Below, in pieces: positions 27,579-40,400 of a stretch of 64,000 nt of DNA. The translations under genes and the position numbers were made by a program. The notes under the pieces were generated by a model, which searched no databases, was not told the origin of the DNA, and worked only from the letters and a program-made list of their open reading frames with translations. This DNA comes from a bacterium (lineage in GTDB: Bacteria > Patescibacteriota > Minisyncoccia > Phycocordibacterales > JAUSHB01), in the NCBI GenBank assembly GCA_030648955.1, contig JAUSHB010000006.1, positions 11,866-75,865 of the forward strand, in the 5' to 3' direction. Positions within the stretch are counted from its first letter, which is position 1; every line of letters starts with the position of its first letter.

Positions 27579-28805
27579 TTAGTCAATTGTGGTTTTAAGA
27601 AACATCGTATGCGCACGATCAATGCTTATTACCAACCTATCAATATCATTTTTACTATTATACATATAAAAACTTGCGCGAGCAGTAGCACGTACCCCCA
27701 AGGTTTCTATAAGTGGCTGCGCGCAATGATGTCCTGCGCGAATCGCTACATCGTCTCGTCCGGCAATTTCTGCTATGTCGTGAGAATGAATACCTTCTAT
27801 TATAAAAGAAACGATGCCGACATTTTTCTTTGTATTTTTTTGAGTAAAAATTTTGACCCCGTTGATTTTCTCTAGTTTCTTGATTGCATCTTCCGTAAGT
27901 TCTTGCACATGTTTGTGAATATTTTGGATACCAATCTCTTCGAGATATTCAACTGCCGCACCAAGACCAATCGCTCCGGCAATGTTCTGTGTCCCCGCTT
28001 CAAAACGGGCAGGTGCTCTCTTCCATGTTGCATCGGTAAGTGTTACTTTTTCTACGATACCACCGCCAAAAATACTTGGTTCCACTTTATAAAGTAGTTC
28101 TTTCTTGCCATACAATACGCCAATTCCTGTCGGTCCAAGCATCTTGTGTCCGGAAAAATACAGGAAATCTGCATCAAATTCCTTTACATCAACGGAAATA
28201 TGCCCGACTGCTTCCGTGCCATCAACCACCATAAGCGCCCCCACCTCATGTGCGAGATTCGCAATAGTTTTTATGTCATTAATCGTTCCCAAAACATTAC
28301 TCGCAAGTATGACCGAAACAATTTTTGTCTTTGGGGTAATAAGTTTTTCTGCTTCACGATAGTCTAGATGAAAATCGCTTGTCATGGAAATATGCTTTAG
28401 AACGAGCTTGCGCCGTTTTGCAAGTTTTTGGAGTGGAATAAGTGTTGAATGATGCTCCATTACTGTGGTCACGATTTCATCACCCTCCCTAAGTTCAAGG
28501 GACTCCTCAATACTTCGAATAAGCATATTTGACGAATCTGTTGCTCCACTCGTAAAAACTATCTCCCCCTCGTCTGCACCAATAAACCGCGCGATTTTTC
28601 TTCGAGCACCTTCGTAGCTTTCTGTCGCTTGTTCCCCCATTCTGTATAACCCGCGATGAATATTTGAACGAAACCCCGTATAATATTCTTCCATCGCTTT
28701 CAACACTCCCTCGGGTGTTTGTGAGGTTGCGGCACTGTCCAAGTAAACAAGGTTGGAAACTTTTTTAAAAATGGGAAAATTATTTTTTATGTCTTTGGAT
28801 ATCAT
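27579..28805 (-). CDS. sufS: Cysteine desulfurase SufS (class V aminotransferase)
   Basis: PLP-Lys motif FSGHKMLGPTGIG. C-terminal catalytic Cys in RAGHHCAQPL. Confidence 0.9.
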   Translation of the reverse strand: MISKDIKNNFPIFKKVSNLVYLDSAATSQTPEGVLKAMEEYYTGFRSNIHRGLYRMGEQATESYEGARRKIARFIGADEGEIVFTSGATDSSNMLIRSIEESLELREGDEIVTTVMEHHSTLIPLQKLAKRRKLVLKHISMTSDFHLDYREAEKLITPKTKIVSVILASNVLGTINDIKTIANLAHEVGALMVVDGTEAVGHISVDVKEFDADFLYFSGHKMLGPTGIGVLYGKKELLYKVEPSIFGGGIVEKVTLTDATWKRAPARFEAGTQNIAGAIGLGAAVEYLEEIGIQNIHKHVQELTEDAIKKLEKINGVKIFTQKNTKKNVGIVSFIIEGIHSHDIAEIAGRDDVAIRAGHHCAQPLIETLGVRATARASFYMYNSKNDIDRLVISIDRAHTMFLKTTID

Positions 28806-28808
28806 GAT

Positions 28809-30179
28809 TTAGTATTTCCCCTCCCCCATTTCAAGCGAGATAAGCTTGTTAAGTTCAAGTGCATATTCAAGTGGAAGTTCTTTGATGATCGGATTTGCGA
28901 AACCGGTCACCGCAAGGCGCACCGCCGCCTGCTCCGAAAATCCGCGAGTTTTCAAATAAAAAATTTCGTCTTCCCCAATGCGCCCAATACGTGCTTCATG
29001 ACTGATTTCAACCTGATCGTTTGCATTTTGCACCGATGGAAATGTATTCGCCTGCGACTTTTCATCGAGAAGAAGTGACTCGCACACGAGCGACGAGCGA
29101 GTGTTTGTTGCATTGGGAGCTACCTTAATGAGTCCGCGATAATTGGCAATTCCACCGTCTTTTGAAATTGATTTTGAATAAATGGTCGATGAAGTATTGG
29201 GAGCAAGGTGAAGTGTCTTTCCCCCTGTGTCTTGTATCTGACCCTTTCCCGCAATCACAAGACCGATGTTGGCTGCTTTTGCCCCTTCCCCTTTTAAAAC
29301 CGACGAGGGATAGAGCATAGTGACGCCCGAGCCCATATTGCCGTTGACCCATTTTATCTCCCCGTCTTTCTCCACGATTGCACGTTTTGTGTTGAGGTTG
29401 TACGTATTAAGCGACCAGTTCTCGATGCTGATATATTTCATTTTTGCTCCAGGAAGCACAAAAAGTTCAACACAGCCTGCATGAAGTGATGAGTAATTAT
29501 ATTTTGGTGCGGAACATCCTTCGATATATTCGATTTCTGAACCCTCATCAGCAATAATAAGCGTGTGTTCGAATTGTCCGCTACGCGCGCGATTCATTCT
29601 AAAGTATGCCTGAAGCGGCATTCCGACTTTCACCCCCTTGGGTACATAAATAAATGTCCCCCCACTCCAGACAGCAGCATGAAGCATCGTGAATGTATGC
29701 TCTTCAATCGGAACACAATCGGTCATAAAATATTTTTTCACGAGCTCGGGATATTTTTGTACCGCAACATCCATATTTTCAAAAACAACTCCCTTATCTG
29801 CGAGAGATTTTTTAAGCCGATGATACACAACACCAGAATCATATTGTGCGCCAACACCGCCCAAATATTCCCGCTCCGCTTTTGGAATCCCTAATTTTTC
29901 AAATGTATCTGTGATTTCTTTGGGAAGTTTTTTCCATTGGTCTGTTTCCGGAGCATCGGGATCGACGTAATAGATCATATTTTTCAGATCAAGACCCGAG
30001 AGGTCTGGGCCGAATCTTGGAAGTTTTGCGGTTTGATAAAGCCCATAAGCTTTGAGCCGCTTCTCAAGCATCCACTTCGGTTCTTTTTTTACCGCAGAAA
30101 TATGGCGCACTAAAGCTTCCGAGAGTCCTGTATGGGTTTTCAGTTTTTGTTTTTTTGTCACTGTTTTTGTGGTTTTCAT
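28809..30179 (-). CDS. sufB: Fe-S cluster assembly protein SufB
   Basis: Conserved SufB core over about 450 aa. Probable start at the internal Met MKTTKTVTKK (ATG 30177-30179). Confidence 0.9.
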   Translation of the reverse strand: MKTTKTVTKKQKLKTHTGLSEALVRHISAVKKEPKWMLEKRLKAYGLYQTAKLPRFGPDLSGLDLKNMIYYVDPDAPETDQWKKLPKEITDTFEKLGIPKAEREYLGGVGAQYDSGVVYHRLKKSLADKGVVFENMDVAVQKYPELVKKYFMTDCVPIEEHTFTMLHAAVWSGGTFIYVPKGVKVGMPLQAYFRMNRARSGQFEHTLIIADEGSEIEYIEGCSAPKYNYSSLHAGCVELFVLPGAKMKYISIENWSLNTYNLNTKRAIVEKDGEIKWVNGNMGSGVTMLYPSSVLKGEGAKAANIGLVIAGKGQIQDTGGKTLHLAPNTSSTIYSKSISKDGGIANYRGLIKVAPNATNTRSSLVCESLLLDEKSQANTFPSVQNANDQVEISHEARIGRIGEDEIFYLKTRGFSEQAAVRLAVTGFANPIIKELPLEYALELNKLISLEMGEGKY

Positions 30180-30287
30180 TGATATTGACCCTGCTATATT
30201 CTGCAGAAGGATGATCGCTATAGTATTTGATTTATTGTACCAAATGTGTAAGCATACAAACAGTTCTTTAATCCTATGAGGTGATTT

Positions 30288-30476
30288 ATGCACACAAGAA
30301 TCTGGGAGGTTGTTCTTTTCGTATTACTTGGATTGGGTTGTATTTTCAGTATCATAGTCGCACTTCCTGTCAACCCGACATCCGTGAGACTGGTCGTTCT
30401 ATGTGCGGTTACTGGAATCTTGGGTGCACGTGCCCTTTTCATTGCAGGATATGATTACGCAAATCTAAAAAAGTAG
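30288..30476 (+). CDS. Small two-TM hypothetical membrane protein
   Basis: 62-aa ORF with two hydrophobic helices. Followed by a strong terminator. No homology recognised. Confidence 0.3.
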   Translation: MHTRIWEVVLFVLLGLGCIFSIIVALPVNPTSVRLVVLCAVTGILGARALFIAGYDYANLKK

Positions 30477-30512
30477 GACTAAAAAATTGGTCTGTTTTGT
30501 TAATTGGTTTTT

Positions 30513-30543
30513 AAAACGGCGCACACAGTGCGCCGTTTTTTTA
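30513..30543. terminator. Bidirectional intrinsic terminator downstream of rpoD
   Basis: aacggcgca-cacag-tgcgccgtt followed by ttttttt. A-run on the other side. Confidence 0.75.
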
Positions 30544-30576
30544 TGTTACGTGTTACAAGTTATACGCTACGCGACT

Positions 30577-31827
30577 TCAGTAATTCTTAAGCCGCAGAGC
30601 TTTCTCATGCATGCGGATCTTTTCAAGCGCTTTTGCTTCAATTTGGCGGATACGTTCGCGTGTCACGCCAAACTCTTTCCCCACTTCTTCGAGTGTGTGT
30701 ATGACGCCATGCGCATCACCCAATCCATGCCGCATTTCAAGAATTTTACGTTCTTTCGGAGAAAGATCGTCTAAAATCTCTGTTACTTGATCGGTAAGAA
30801 TGCGCCGTGAAGAATCCTGATCAGGTGCAAGAATTTTCTCGTCCGCAATAAATTCTCCCAATGTTGACTTCTCGTCACCCTCATCGCCGATCGGTTTTTC
30901 AAGTGAAACGGTGTCTTGATCGATCTTTTCAATCGTATGAATTTTGTCCACTTCAACACCCATTTCAGTTGCAATTTCTTCCGCAAGCGGTTCGCGTCCA
31001 AGGTCTTGCGAAAGACGGCGCACTACTTGTTTGTATTTCGCAATCGTCTCAACCATGTGCACCGGAATACGAATGGTGCGCGATTGGTCTGCAAGCGCGC
31101 GAGTGATCGCCTGCCTAATCCACCATGTTGCATAGGTGGAAAATTTATATCCCTTCGACCATTCAAATTTGTCAACTGCTTTAAAAAGCCCTAGATTCCC
31201 TTCTTGAATAAGGTCTAAAAGGGTTAAGTCTGCACTTCTTCCCACATATTTTTTTGCTATAGAAACAACAAGGCGAAGGTTGGCACGGGCAAGAAGATTT
31301 TTTGCCTCCATGTCGCCTTTTTCTATGCGTTTAGCAAGTTCTTTTTCTTCATGCGCACTGATAAGCGGATATTGCCCAATCTCTTTAAGATACATCTGAA
31401 TCGAGTCATATGATGATCCTTCGCTATAAAGTTTTTTGCCTGTTTCCGGTCCCGTCTGGAGAAGATCGCCTCCCTCAAGTACATCGATGCCTGCTTTATT
31501 GAGACGCTCATACAACTCATCGAGAAATGAAACATCATCTTCAATATTGGGAAATTCTTTAAGGAGCTCATCGTACGTCACAAATCCGCGCTCATACCCT
31601 TTTAAAATAAGCGTGTCAGCTTTTTTATTTAAACTGTCTCCCCGTTTTTTTGCAACTTTTATGAGTTTTGCTTCGATTGCTTTTTCTTTTTTTGTAGGCT
31701 TCTTAACCAGCTCTTTTTTTATCATCTTCTTTGATACAGAAGAAGAGCGTTTTACCTTACGAGATAAAACTTTTTTCGTTTTTTTCACCTTTTTCGTTTT
31801 CTTTTCTGTGGAAGATTTTTTTACCAT
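30577..31827 (-). CDS. rpoD: RNA polymerase primary sigma factor (sigma-70 family) with a Lys-rich N-terminal extension
   Basis: Region 2 ...[19 protein letters not shown]. Region 4 ...[23 protein letters not shown]. Confidence 0.9.
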   Translation of the reverse strand: MVKKSSTEKKTKKVKKTKKVLSRKVKRSSSVSKKMIKKELVKKPTKKEKAIEAKLIKVAKKRGDSLNKKADTLILKGYERGFVTYDELLKEFPNIEDDVSFLDELYERLNKAGIDVLEGGDLLQTGPETGKKLYSEGSSYDSIQMYLKEIGQYPLISAHEEKELAKRIEKGDMEAKNLLARANLRLVVSIAKKYVGRSADLTLLDLIQEGNLGLFKAVDKFEWSKGYKFSTYATWWIRQAITRALADQSRTIRIPVHMVETIAKYKQVVRRLSQDLGREPLAEEIATEMGVEVDKIHTIEKIDQDTVSLEKPIGDEGDEKSTLGEFIADEKILAPDQDSSRRILTDQVTEILDDLSPKERKILEMRHGLGDAHGVIHTLEEVGKEFGVTRERIRQIEAKALEKIRMHEKALRLKNY

Positions 31828-31850
31828 AGATTAATAATTATAGTATTAAA

Positions 31851-33587
31851 TTACTTTTTTACAATCTCACTTAATTTTTTTGAAATTTCTTGGCATTTTT
31901 TTAAAATTTCCATTGACCGCGTCGTGTCTCCTTTATGTTCCACATCTCGCAGTTCATCCATCGCAATGACAAGTTGTTCCTTAAGGACTTCTTCTTCTAA
32001 ATTTGCAAGAAGGAGTTCTATCTCTTGGGGTAATTCTTTCAAATCTTGATAATATATTTCCGCTTCAAAAATAAGGTTGTTTTTTTCTTTTTCTGGAAGA
32101 TCTTTTTTTTCTTTAAGTGTGCTTTCGCCGACAATCACTCCATATTGCTGTTCCCATCCTACCCTGTCCGCCAATGGCTTTGAAGTACTTTCTTGCCAAA
32201 GCAGAATTCCTAATATCTTTCGCTCTATGTTTTGCCGTCTTCCTAATTCAGCAGATTGACTACTTTTGTCCGCCTTTTCTTCGGGTTCTCGATAAGAAGT
32301 GTCTGCAAGCTCGTTTCCTCTAAGTTTTTTGAGTTCTTCCCAGATTGGCTCTTCACTTAAATGGAGCGCTCGTGCCGTTTCAGAAACAAAATGTGCCTGA
32401 TCAATAGTGTTTCTTAATTTCACGATATAGGGAAGAACAAGCTCGCTGGTTTTTTTACGAAACGTCCTCATATCATATCCTTTCCCCGAAAGAGCCTTGA
32501 GGTAAAAATCTATAATGTGTCGCGCATTGAGAACACTGTGTTTCCAGCCTTCCGGGTCTTTCATGACAACGTCTGCCGGATCAAGACCTGAAGGAATTTC
32601 CGCAACTCTCACATCAAATCCTAGGGATAATGCCAAGTCAACACCTTTTTTTGATGCGGACAATCCCGCTTCATCAGCATCAAATGCAATAACAAGTGTA
32701 TCAGCAAGACGTTTAATTAAAATCAAATGATCTTTAGTAAGCGCAGTCCCCGATGATGCGACAGTATGTACGACCCCAGATTGATGTGAAAGAACGAGGT
32801 CCATTTGCCCCTCAACCAAAACAGCTGTATTTTCTTTTCGAATCGATTGTTTTGCTTTGTCAAAACCGTACAAAATTTTCGACTTGTGAAAAACTTCGGT
32901 CTCTGGACTGTTTACATATTTTGCCTGTTTGTCAACATCACCTTGTTCGGTCCCTGGAAGAATTCTGCCTGAAAATCCAACGATTTTCCCTCCATTATCA
33001 GCAATAGGAAACATCACTCTTCCGCGGAATCTGTCGTAATATCCTTTCTCGCTTTTTATTGAGAGCCCTGCTTTCAGAAGATGTTCTGGAGTAAATCCCT
33101 TTTTTTGAAGAAATTCGGAGAGTGATCGCCACTCCGAAGGAGCATACCCCAACCGAAATTCTTTAATCGTTTCATCCATGATTCCACGCTTGATGAGATA
33201 CTCATGAGATTCTTTATTTTTTTCTAAATGATTCGAAAAGAACTTTGTGGACTCTTCAAGTACGGCGAAAATTTTCTCTCGCTCGCGGCTTTCTCCAGGT
33301 TCCGATACGTTCATACGAACTCCCGCACGTTCCGCTAATGTACCGAGTGCTCCACGAAAATCTAATCCTTCGATTTCCTGAACAAAACTCAACATATCTC
33401 CGCCTCGATTGCATCCAAAACAATGATACGTTTCGCGTGAGGGTGAAATGAAGAATGACGCAGTTTTTTCGTTATGAAACGGACATCGAGCTTTAAAATT
33501 ACTCCCCGCCCGTTCAAGCTTTATGTAAGAGCCTATAACGTCGACGATACTCAATTTTGATTTTATCTGTTCGACAACGGATGCCAT
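31851..33587 (-). CDS. dnaG: DNA primase DnaG
   Basis: CHC2 zinc finger CPFHNEKTASF...CFGC. TOPRIM with EGQMD. Confidence 0.9.
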   Translation of the reverse strand: MASVVEQIKSKLSIVDVIGSYIKLERAGSNFKARCPFHNEKTASFFISPSRETYHCFGCNRGGDMLSFVQEIEGLDFRGALGTLAERAGVRMNVSEPGESREREKIFAVLEESTKFFSNHLEKNKESHEYLIKRGIMDETIKEFRLGYAPSEWRSLSEFLQKKGFTPEHLLKAGLSIKSEKGYYDRFRGRVMFPIADNGGKIVGFSGRILPGTEQGDVDKQAKYVNSPETEVFHKSKILYGFDKAKQSIRKENTAVLVEGQMDLVLSHQSGVVHTVASSGTALTKDHLILIKRLADTLVIAFDADEAGLSASKKGVDLALSLGFDVRVAEIPSGLDPADVVMKDPEGWKHSVLNARHIIDFYLKALSGKGYDMRTFRKKTSELVLPYIVKLRNTIDQAHFVSETARALHLSEEPIWEELKKLRGNELADTSYREPEEKADKSSQSAELGRRQNIERKILGILLWQESTSKPLADRVGWEQQYGVIVGESTLKEKKDLPEKEKNNLIFEAEIYYQDLKELPQEIELLLANLEEEVLKEQLVIAMDELRDVEHKGDTTRSMEILKKCQEISKKLSEIVKK

Positions 33588-33684
33588 AAAGTCAGTTTAT
33601 AAAGTAGAAAGTTTGTAAAGTTTGTAAAGAAAAGAGTTGTATCTTCACTTTATGAACTTTATAACCTTACGAACGTTCAACTCA

Positions 33685-36600
33685 TTATACAGATTCTTCC
33701 TTCTTTTCCCCTTTTGTTGCCATCGTCTCACGAAATCCTGTTCCTGCAGGAATAATACGACCGATGATAACATTTTCCTTGAGACCGCGAAGCTCGTCAA
33801 CGCCCCCGCGAATCGCCGTATCAATGAGAACACGCGTTGTATTTTCAAATGACGCTGCTGAAAGCCAGCTTTGCGTGGTAAGCGCGACTTCAGAGATGCC
33901 AAGAACCACGAAATCCGCCTTTGCCTTTTCACCGCCATCTTCCGCAACACGATCATTCTCTTCAGCAAGTTCGCCGGATTCAACAACCTCCCCTAACCCA
34001 AATCGCGTTCCCGCAGGATCCTTAATCTTTCTTCGAGAGAACATCTGTCGCACAATGACTTCTATGTGTTTACGTGAAATTGAAGCTCCTTGAAGTTGAT
34101 AAATTTTATTGACTTCGTTGATGATGTAATTTTCTGCGGCATCTTTGCCTCCGTATTCAAATACTTCGGCAATATCTGCAGAACCGTCAGTAAGAAGAGC
34201 CCCCTTTTTTACCGTTTCGCCCACCTTCACGAGTATCATTCTTCGTGGATGTACGATATATTCAATTTTTTCTTTTTTAGTTTTTGTGAGAGATTTTGGA
34301 TCAGGGAGAACAACAATCTTCTTTTCTTGTTCAGAATCTAATAGTTCTATAACATCTCCATCTATCTGACTAACTACCGCAGGACTCTTGGGAATTCTTC
34401 GCTCAAAAATTTCTTCCACGCGCGGAAGACCCATAGTAATATCTCCTCCCACTTCTGCAATTCCTCCTGAGTGGAACGTACGCATGGTTAACTGTGTTCC
34501 CGGCTCTCCAATCGCCTGTGCAGCAATTATTCCAACCGCTTCTCCATATCCAACAAGAACATTCTTAGAAAGATCTGCGCCGTAACATGTTTTACAAATC
34601 CCATGCAATGCCTTACAGGTAAGTGGTGATCGTACATGGGCTTCGGTAATTCCATCTTTTTCAACGGCTTGCGCTTCTTTTTTAGTGAGAAGATGTCCTT
34701 TTTTGAAAAGAGTTTTTCCATTTATGCCAACAATATCCTTCATGATAACTCTTCCACGAATGTCACGTGAGAGCGGTGTTTCAAACCCCGCAAGACTTTC
34801 GCGCTTAATAATTTTTCCCTCCTTGTCCCCACAATCTTCTTCCGTAATAATTGCGTCTTGCGCAACATCAACAAGTCTTCTTGTGAGATATCCGGCCTTT
34901 GCGGTATTAAGCGCGGTGTCAGCAAGACCCTTTCGAGAACCGTGAGTCGTGATAAAAAATTCAAGCGGTGAAAGCCCTTCTTTGTTCGATGGAATAATTG
35001 GGAAATCAAGCGTACGTCCTGCGGTGTTAATAATAAGACCTTTCATACCAGCCATGTTTACCACCTGTGAAAGCGTTCCACGCGCGCCTGATTTAATCAT
35101 GTCATACGCGGATCCATTCGGGTCAAGGGTGGTGGGCATTATTTTTTCAATTTCATTTCGAACCCCCTGCCAAATTTCAATAACTTTACGATATCTCTCT
35201 TCGTCAGAAAGAAGCCCGTCGTTATATTGAGTTACCACAATTGCATTTTCCGCTCGTGCTTTTGCGACAATTTCTTTTTTTGCGGTTGGAACGCGTACTT
35301 CATCAATTCCCCAGGTAATTCCTGATTTTGTAACATACTTATACCCAAACGCTTTGATTTTATCGAGAACATCTGGTGTTGCATCAATACCATACGTATT
35401 AATGAGATCGTCGACAATTTGTTCAAGATCTTTCTTGCCGACTTCTTTGTTAATGTAGGCGAAATCTTTTGGCAAAACGCTATTAAAGAGGAGCCTCCCG
35501 ACAGATGTTTCAAATACTCCGCCTCCAAATTCTTTGTATTTTGGACTATCAGTGCCCATCACTTTTATTTTTGCGCGAAATCCAACTTGCCCAAAGTCAT
35601 ATGAAGTAATGGCATTGTTCGGGGTTGGGAAAATTTTTCCTTCTCCTTTGTCGCCAGGAATTATCTTGGTCATCCAATAGCATCCGAGTACGATATCTTG
35701 TTTTGGGTTTACAATAGGATCGCCATTGCCGGGACCAAGAAGATTTTTATTTGATGCCATGATTTCACGGGCTTCTTCTTGAGCTTTTTTAGAAAGCGGA
35801 ACGTGTACTGCCATCTGGTCACCGTCGAAGTCGGCATTAAACGCCGTACACACGAGCGGATGGACCTGGATTGCATTGCCTTCGATAAGCACAGGGTTGA
35901 ATGCTTGAATACCAAGACGGTGAAGTGTCGGCGCACGATTAAGCATTACGTACTTACCCTTAATCACTTCTTCCAAAATTGCCCACACTTCCGGCACGCC
36001 CTCGTCAATAAGGCGTCCTGCTCCGCGAATATTAAATGCTAATTCACGTTCAAGGATTTTTGAAATAACGAAAGGGCGGAAAAGCTCAAGTGCCATGTGT
36101 TTGGGAATTCCACATTGGCTTAATTTAAGATTTGGTCCAACAACAATAACGGAACGACCCGAATAATCAACACGTTTTCCTAAAAGGTTTTGTCTGAAAA
36201 GACCTTGTTTACCCTTGAGACTGTCGGAAAGTGATTTGAGGGTTCGTTTTTGTGCTTGACTCATGGCAGCAGATTGCGCTCGCCTGATTGAGTTATCCAG
36301 AAGAGAATCAACGGCTTCCTGTAAAATTCGTTTTTCGTTGCGTAAAATGACATCGGGCGCACCGATCTCTTTTAATTTTTTAAGTCGATTATTACGATTG
36401 ATTACACGACGATAGAGATCGTTGATATCTGATGTCGCATGCCTTCCTCCTTCGAGTGCAACCATCGGGCGAAGCGCGGGAGGAGTAATGGGGATTACCG
36501 TAAGAAACATCCACTCTGGACGAACTTTTGAATTAATCATAGCTTTTACCACACCAAGCCGTTTTTGAAGTTTTGCACGTTCCGCAGCGCCGGCATTGAG

Positions 36601-37317
36601 AAGCTCTCCCTGAAGTTTATCTTTGAGTTTATTAAGATCAAGATTTTTGAAGATATTATAAATCGCTTCCGCGCCAATACTTGCTTCAAACACTGTGCCG
36701 TATTTAAGTGAAAAACGATGATAGGTTGCTTCATCAAGCACACGACCAAGGCTGATACTTTCAATTTCTTTTTTAGCGTTACTCAATAGTTCCTTGATCT
36801 TCTCCTTTGATTTATCGTCACTAAGTGCATTCACTTTCACCTTGTACTCTGTATCAAGCTTTTTCATGAGTTTCTCTTTCTCGTTTTCGTTAACTTGAGT
36901 TATGGCATAACCGGCAAAATAAATCACCTTCTCAAGTTCAGAAACAGGGATATTGAGAATAAGCCCGATTCTTGAAGGAACGCCACGCAAAAACCAAATA
37001 TGAGCAACGGGACTTGCAAGTTCAATATGCCCCATGCGCTCTCGACGTACGATACTTCGTGTTACTTCAACTCCGCATTTTTCACACACAATATTTTTAT
37101 AACGAATCCTCTTATATTTTCCACAATAACATTCATAATCTTTTTCGGGACCGAAAATGCGTTCGTCAAAAAGACCCCCACGTTCGCTACGCTGGGTTCG
37201 ATAGTTGATGGTTTCAGGCCTTGTAACTTCGCCATATGACCATTCTTTAATACGCTCCGGGGATGCAAGCTTGAGAAGTACAGCATCAAAATCAAATTTT
37301 TCTTTCATTGGTTTCAT
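33685..37317 (-). CDS. rpoC: DNA-directed RNA polymerase beta' subunit
   Basis: 1210 aa. Zn finger CYCGKYK...CEKCG. Catalytic [14 protein letters not shown]. Confidence 0.95.
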   Translation of the reverse strand: MKPMKEKFDFDAVLLKLASPERIKEWSYGEVTRPETINYRTQRSERGGLFDERIFGPEKDYECYCGKYKRIRYKNIVCEKCGVEVTRSIVRRERMGHIELASPVAHIWFLRGVPSRIGLILNIPVSELEKVIYFAGYAITQVNENEKEKLMKKLDTEYKVKVNALSDDKSKEKIKELLSNAKKEIESISLGRVLDEATYHRFSLKYGTVFEASIGAEAIYNIFKNLDLNKLKDKLQGELLNAGAAERAKLQKRLGVVKAMINSKVRPEWMFLTVIPITPPALRPMVALEGGRHATSDINDLYRRVINRNNRLKKLKEIGAPDVILRNEKRILQEAVDSLLDNSIRRAQSAAMSQAQKRTLKSLSDSLKGKQGLFRQNLLGKRVDYSGRSVIVVGPNLKLSQCGIPKHMALELFRPFVISKILERELAFNIRGAGRLIDEGVPEVWAILEEVIKGKYVMLNRAPTLHRLGIQAFNPVLIEGNAIQVHPLVCTAFNADFDGDQMAVHVPLSKKAQEEAREIMASNKNLLGPGNGDPIVNPKQDIVLGCYWMTKIIPGDKGEGKIFPTPNNAITSYDFGQVGFRAKIKVMGTDSPKYKEFGGGVFETSVGRLLFNSVLPKDFAYINKEVGKKDLEQIVDDLINTYGIDATPDVLDKIKAFGYKYVTKSGITWGIDEVRVPTAKKEIVAKARAENAIVVTQYNDGLLSDEERYRKVIEIWQGVRNEIEKIMPTTLDPNGSAYDMIKSGARGTLSQVVNMAGMKGLIINTAGRTLDFPIIPSNKEGLSPLEFFITTHGSRKGLADTALNTAKAGYLTRRLVDVAQDAIITEEDCGDKEGKIIKRESLAGFETPLSRDIRGRVIMKDIVGINGKTLFKKGHLLTKKEAQAVEKDGITEAHVRSPLTCKALHGICKTCYGADLSKNVLVGYGEAVGIIAAQAIGEPGTQLTMRTFHSGGIAEVGGDITMGLPRVEEIFERRIPKSPAVVSQIDGDVIELLDSEQEKKIVVLPDPKSLTKTKKEKIEYIVHPRRMILVKVGETVKKGALLTDGSADIAEVFEYGGKDAAENYIINEVNKIYQLQGASISRKHIEVIVRQMFSRRKIKDPAGTRFGLGEVVESGELAEENDRVAEDGGEKAKADFVVLGISEVALTTQSWLSAASFENTTRVLIDTAIRGGVDELRGLKENVIIGRIIPAGTGFRETMATKGEKKEESV

Positions 37318-37407
37318 GGGTATAAAATTAAAGTTTAAAAATCAAAGTTTAAAATTATTGTGTCGCCTTCGGCGACGCCGTAATTTTTCATTTTGATATT
37401 TGCATTT

Positions 37408-40400
37408 TTATTTTTCTTTCGTCCCGCCTTCTCTTTTTCGCAGTTCGACATCAAGACCAAGACCGCGAAGGTTGTTCAGTAATACATTAAATGATTCAGG
37501 GAGATTGTTTTGCCTGACATCATCACCCTTTACGATGGAATCAAACGCGGCTGAACGCCCCGATATGTCATCTGACTTTACCGTAAGCATTTCGCGTAAC
37601 ACATGCGTTGCGCCATATCCTTCTAGTGCCCAGACTTCCATTTCTCCAAATCGCTGTCCTCCACCTTGTGCTTTTCCGCCAAGTGGCTGTTGTGTGATGA
37701 GAGAGTATGGTCCAATGGAGCGCATGTGAATCTTGTCTTCAACCATGTGGTGAAGCTTCATAATATACATATACCCTATGGCACTTTTTTGTTCAAAAGG
37801 TTCTCCTGTTCTGCCATCATACAGTTGCACCTTTCCATCAGCAGGAAACCCAGCTTTCACCAATTCTTCTTTTATTTCTTCAGCCGTTGCACCCATGAAC
37901 CCAGGAGATATTGCCTGATAATTAAGCGTGTGCGCAGCAAGTCCCAAGTGAAGTTCGAGCACTTGTCCTAAGTTCATTCGAGAAGGAACGCCGAGAGGTG
38001 TCAAAATAACATCTACCGGCATACCGTCTTCACCGTAGGGCATATCTTCTTCAGGTAAAATAATAGAAATAACTCCCTTGTTCCCGTGACGCCCCGCAAG
38101 TTTATCGCCCACAGAAACACTGCGGAGTTGTGCAACTTCAATATGAATGCGTTTGATGATTCCCGAGTCGAGATTGTCTCCCTTGTCTCGTGAGAATACT
38201 TTTACGCCCACCACGCGTCCGCGCTTGCCATGCTCCATGCGAAGTGATGTATCTTTCACGTCACGCGCTTTTTCACCAAAGATTGAACGAAGAAGTCGCT
38301 CTTCTGGAGTAAGTTCCGCTTCTCCTTTGGGTGTAATTTTTCCGACCAAAATATCGTTCGGATGTACCTCGGCACCTACGCGCACAATACCATCCTCATC
38401 CAAATCTTTCAGTTTGCCTTCGCCGACATTGGGAATATCATGTGTTGTTATTTCTGGACCAAGTTTAGTGTCTCGCACATTTACCACAAACTCATCCATG
38501 TGAATGCTTGAGAATTTACTGTTTTTAACCAGACGTTCTGAAAGAATGATCGCGTCTTCGTAGTTTGCACCACCCCATGCCATAAACGCAACCATTACAT
38601 TTTGCCCAAGCGCAATCTGACCACCTTCGGAAGAAGAAGTATCTGCTAACACATTCCCTTTTTTTATTTTCTGACCCAGATCAACCGCGCAACGTTGATG
38701 AAACGCGGTGAAACCGTTGGTTCTTGAATATGAAATAAGGTTGTATTCATGGTCTTTACCTTTCGTATCTTCAATAATAATTTTTCGCGCATCAAGATAT
38801 TTAACCACACCATCTTCTTTCGCAATAACCACTCTTCCTGTATCACGCGCCGCTTTTTCTTCAATGCCCGTCGCAACAATTGGCGCTTCTGGTGAAATGC
38901 ATGGTGTTGCTTGTTTTTGCATGTTTGAACCCATGAGCGCGCGGTTTGCATCATCGTGCTCAAGAAATGGAATCATTGAAGTAGCTATTGAAAATGCCTG
39001 ACCGGGAGCAACGTCGATAAAATGGACCATATCACGAGGAACAAGGGTTGGTTTTCCACTTGAACGTACTTCAACGTGTTCGTCGGCAATGTTGCCATGT
39101 TCATCATAGCGAATCGCACCATGGGCAATGTTATAACCTTCCTCTTCAAGTCCGTCAAAATATACAATTTCTTTTGTAATTTTTCCTTTTACTACTTTTG
39201 CGTATGGGGTTTCAATAATGCCGAAGTCATTTACACGTGCGTAGGTTGACAAACGGAGAATAAGACCGATATTCGGACCTTCTGGTGTGTGGATTGGGCA
39301 AAGTCTGCCGTAATGTGATGGGTGAACGTCACGCACCTCAAGACCTGCACGCTCTCGTGTGAGACCTCCGGGACCAAGTGCGGAGAGCGTGCGCAAATGT
39401 TCAATCTCCGTAAGAGTATTGTACTGCGCCATGAACTGCGAAAGTTGGTTGGTCGTAAAAAATTCTTTGATTCGGGCCTGGAGTGGACGCGGGCTGATGA
39501 GCTGAATCGGAAGTGTTGCATCAGAATCGATTGTAGACATTCGGTCCTGAATATTTCGCTTCATTTGAGACATTCCAACACGTACCTTCTGCTGCATCAT
39601 TTCTCCTACGGGTCGCACGCGCCGCGATCCCAAATGGTCGATATCGTCAGGAAGCGCTTTGGGTGTCTGATTGAGGGTAACAATATGGCGAGCAATGATT
39701 GCAATATCATCAGAAGTTACTGTTCTTTTTTCTATATCTGTTTTTCCCGTACCCTTACCAAATCTACGATTAAATTTAAAACGACCGACTTCTGAAAGGT
39801 CGTATTTTTCCTTGCTGAAAATGGAAAGAATAAATTCTTTTGCATGATCTGCTGTCGCGAGATCTCCATCACGCAAGCGCTTATAAATTTCAACATAGGA
39901 GTCGGCTACACTTTTTGCAACATCTTTTGATAGAGAAATCTCGATAACTTTTTTGGCTTCTGGATTATCACTAAACGCTTTCAGTATCGCCTCATCAGTG
40001 TGAAGTCCTAGTACGCGAAGAAGGGACGTAATGGGAAATTTACGCTTCTTATCAATACGCACATAAATCGCTCCATCTGATTCGGATTCTATTTCAACCC
40101 ACGCTCCACGAGCAGGGATAATTTTTGCACCAAAATATCGCTTGCCTTTTGATTCCTGAATATTAAAGAAAATTCCGAACGAACGCGCGAGTTGTGGCAC
40201 AACCACGCGTTCCACTCCATTGATAACGAACGTACCATGTTCGGTCATAAGCGGAAAATCAGCAACGAAAATCTCCTGCTCTTTATCTATGTTAAGAGTC
40301 TTGTTCTTGAGTTTGACGCGTGCACGGATTGGAGCTTCGTAAGTTAGTTTATTTACCTTAGCGTAATGCTCGTCATATTTGGGCTTTGAAAGTTCAAATC

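Noticed and set aside
33609-33629. Direct repeat aagtttgtaa-ag-tttgtaaag between dnaG and rpoC
   Set aside because: Two short AT-rich units only. Likely promoter or UTR sequence of no special significance.
33764-35604. Numerous 60-110-aa ORFs on both strands inside rpoC and rpoB
   Set aside because: All lie within the RNA polymerase subunit genes. They are frame-shadow ORFs.
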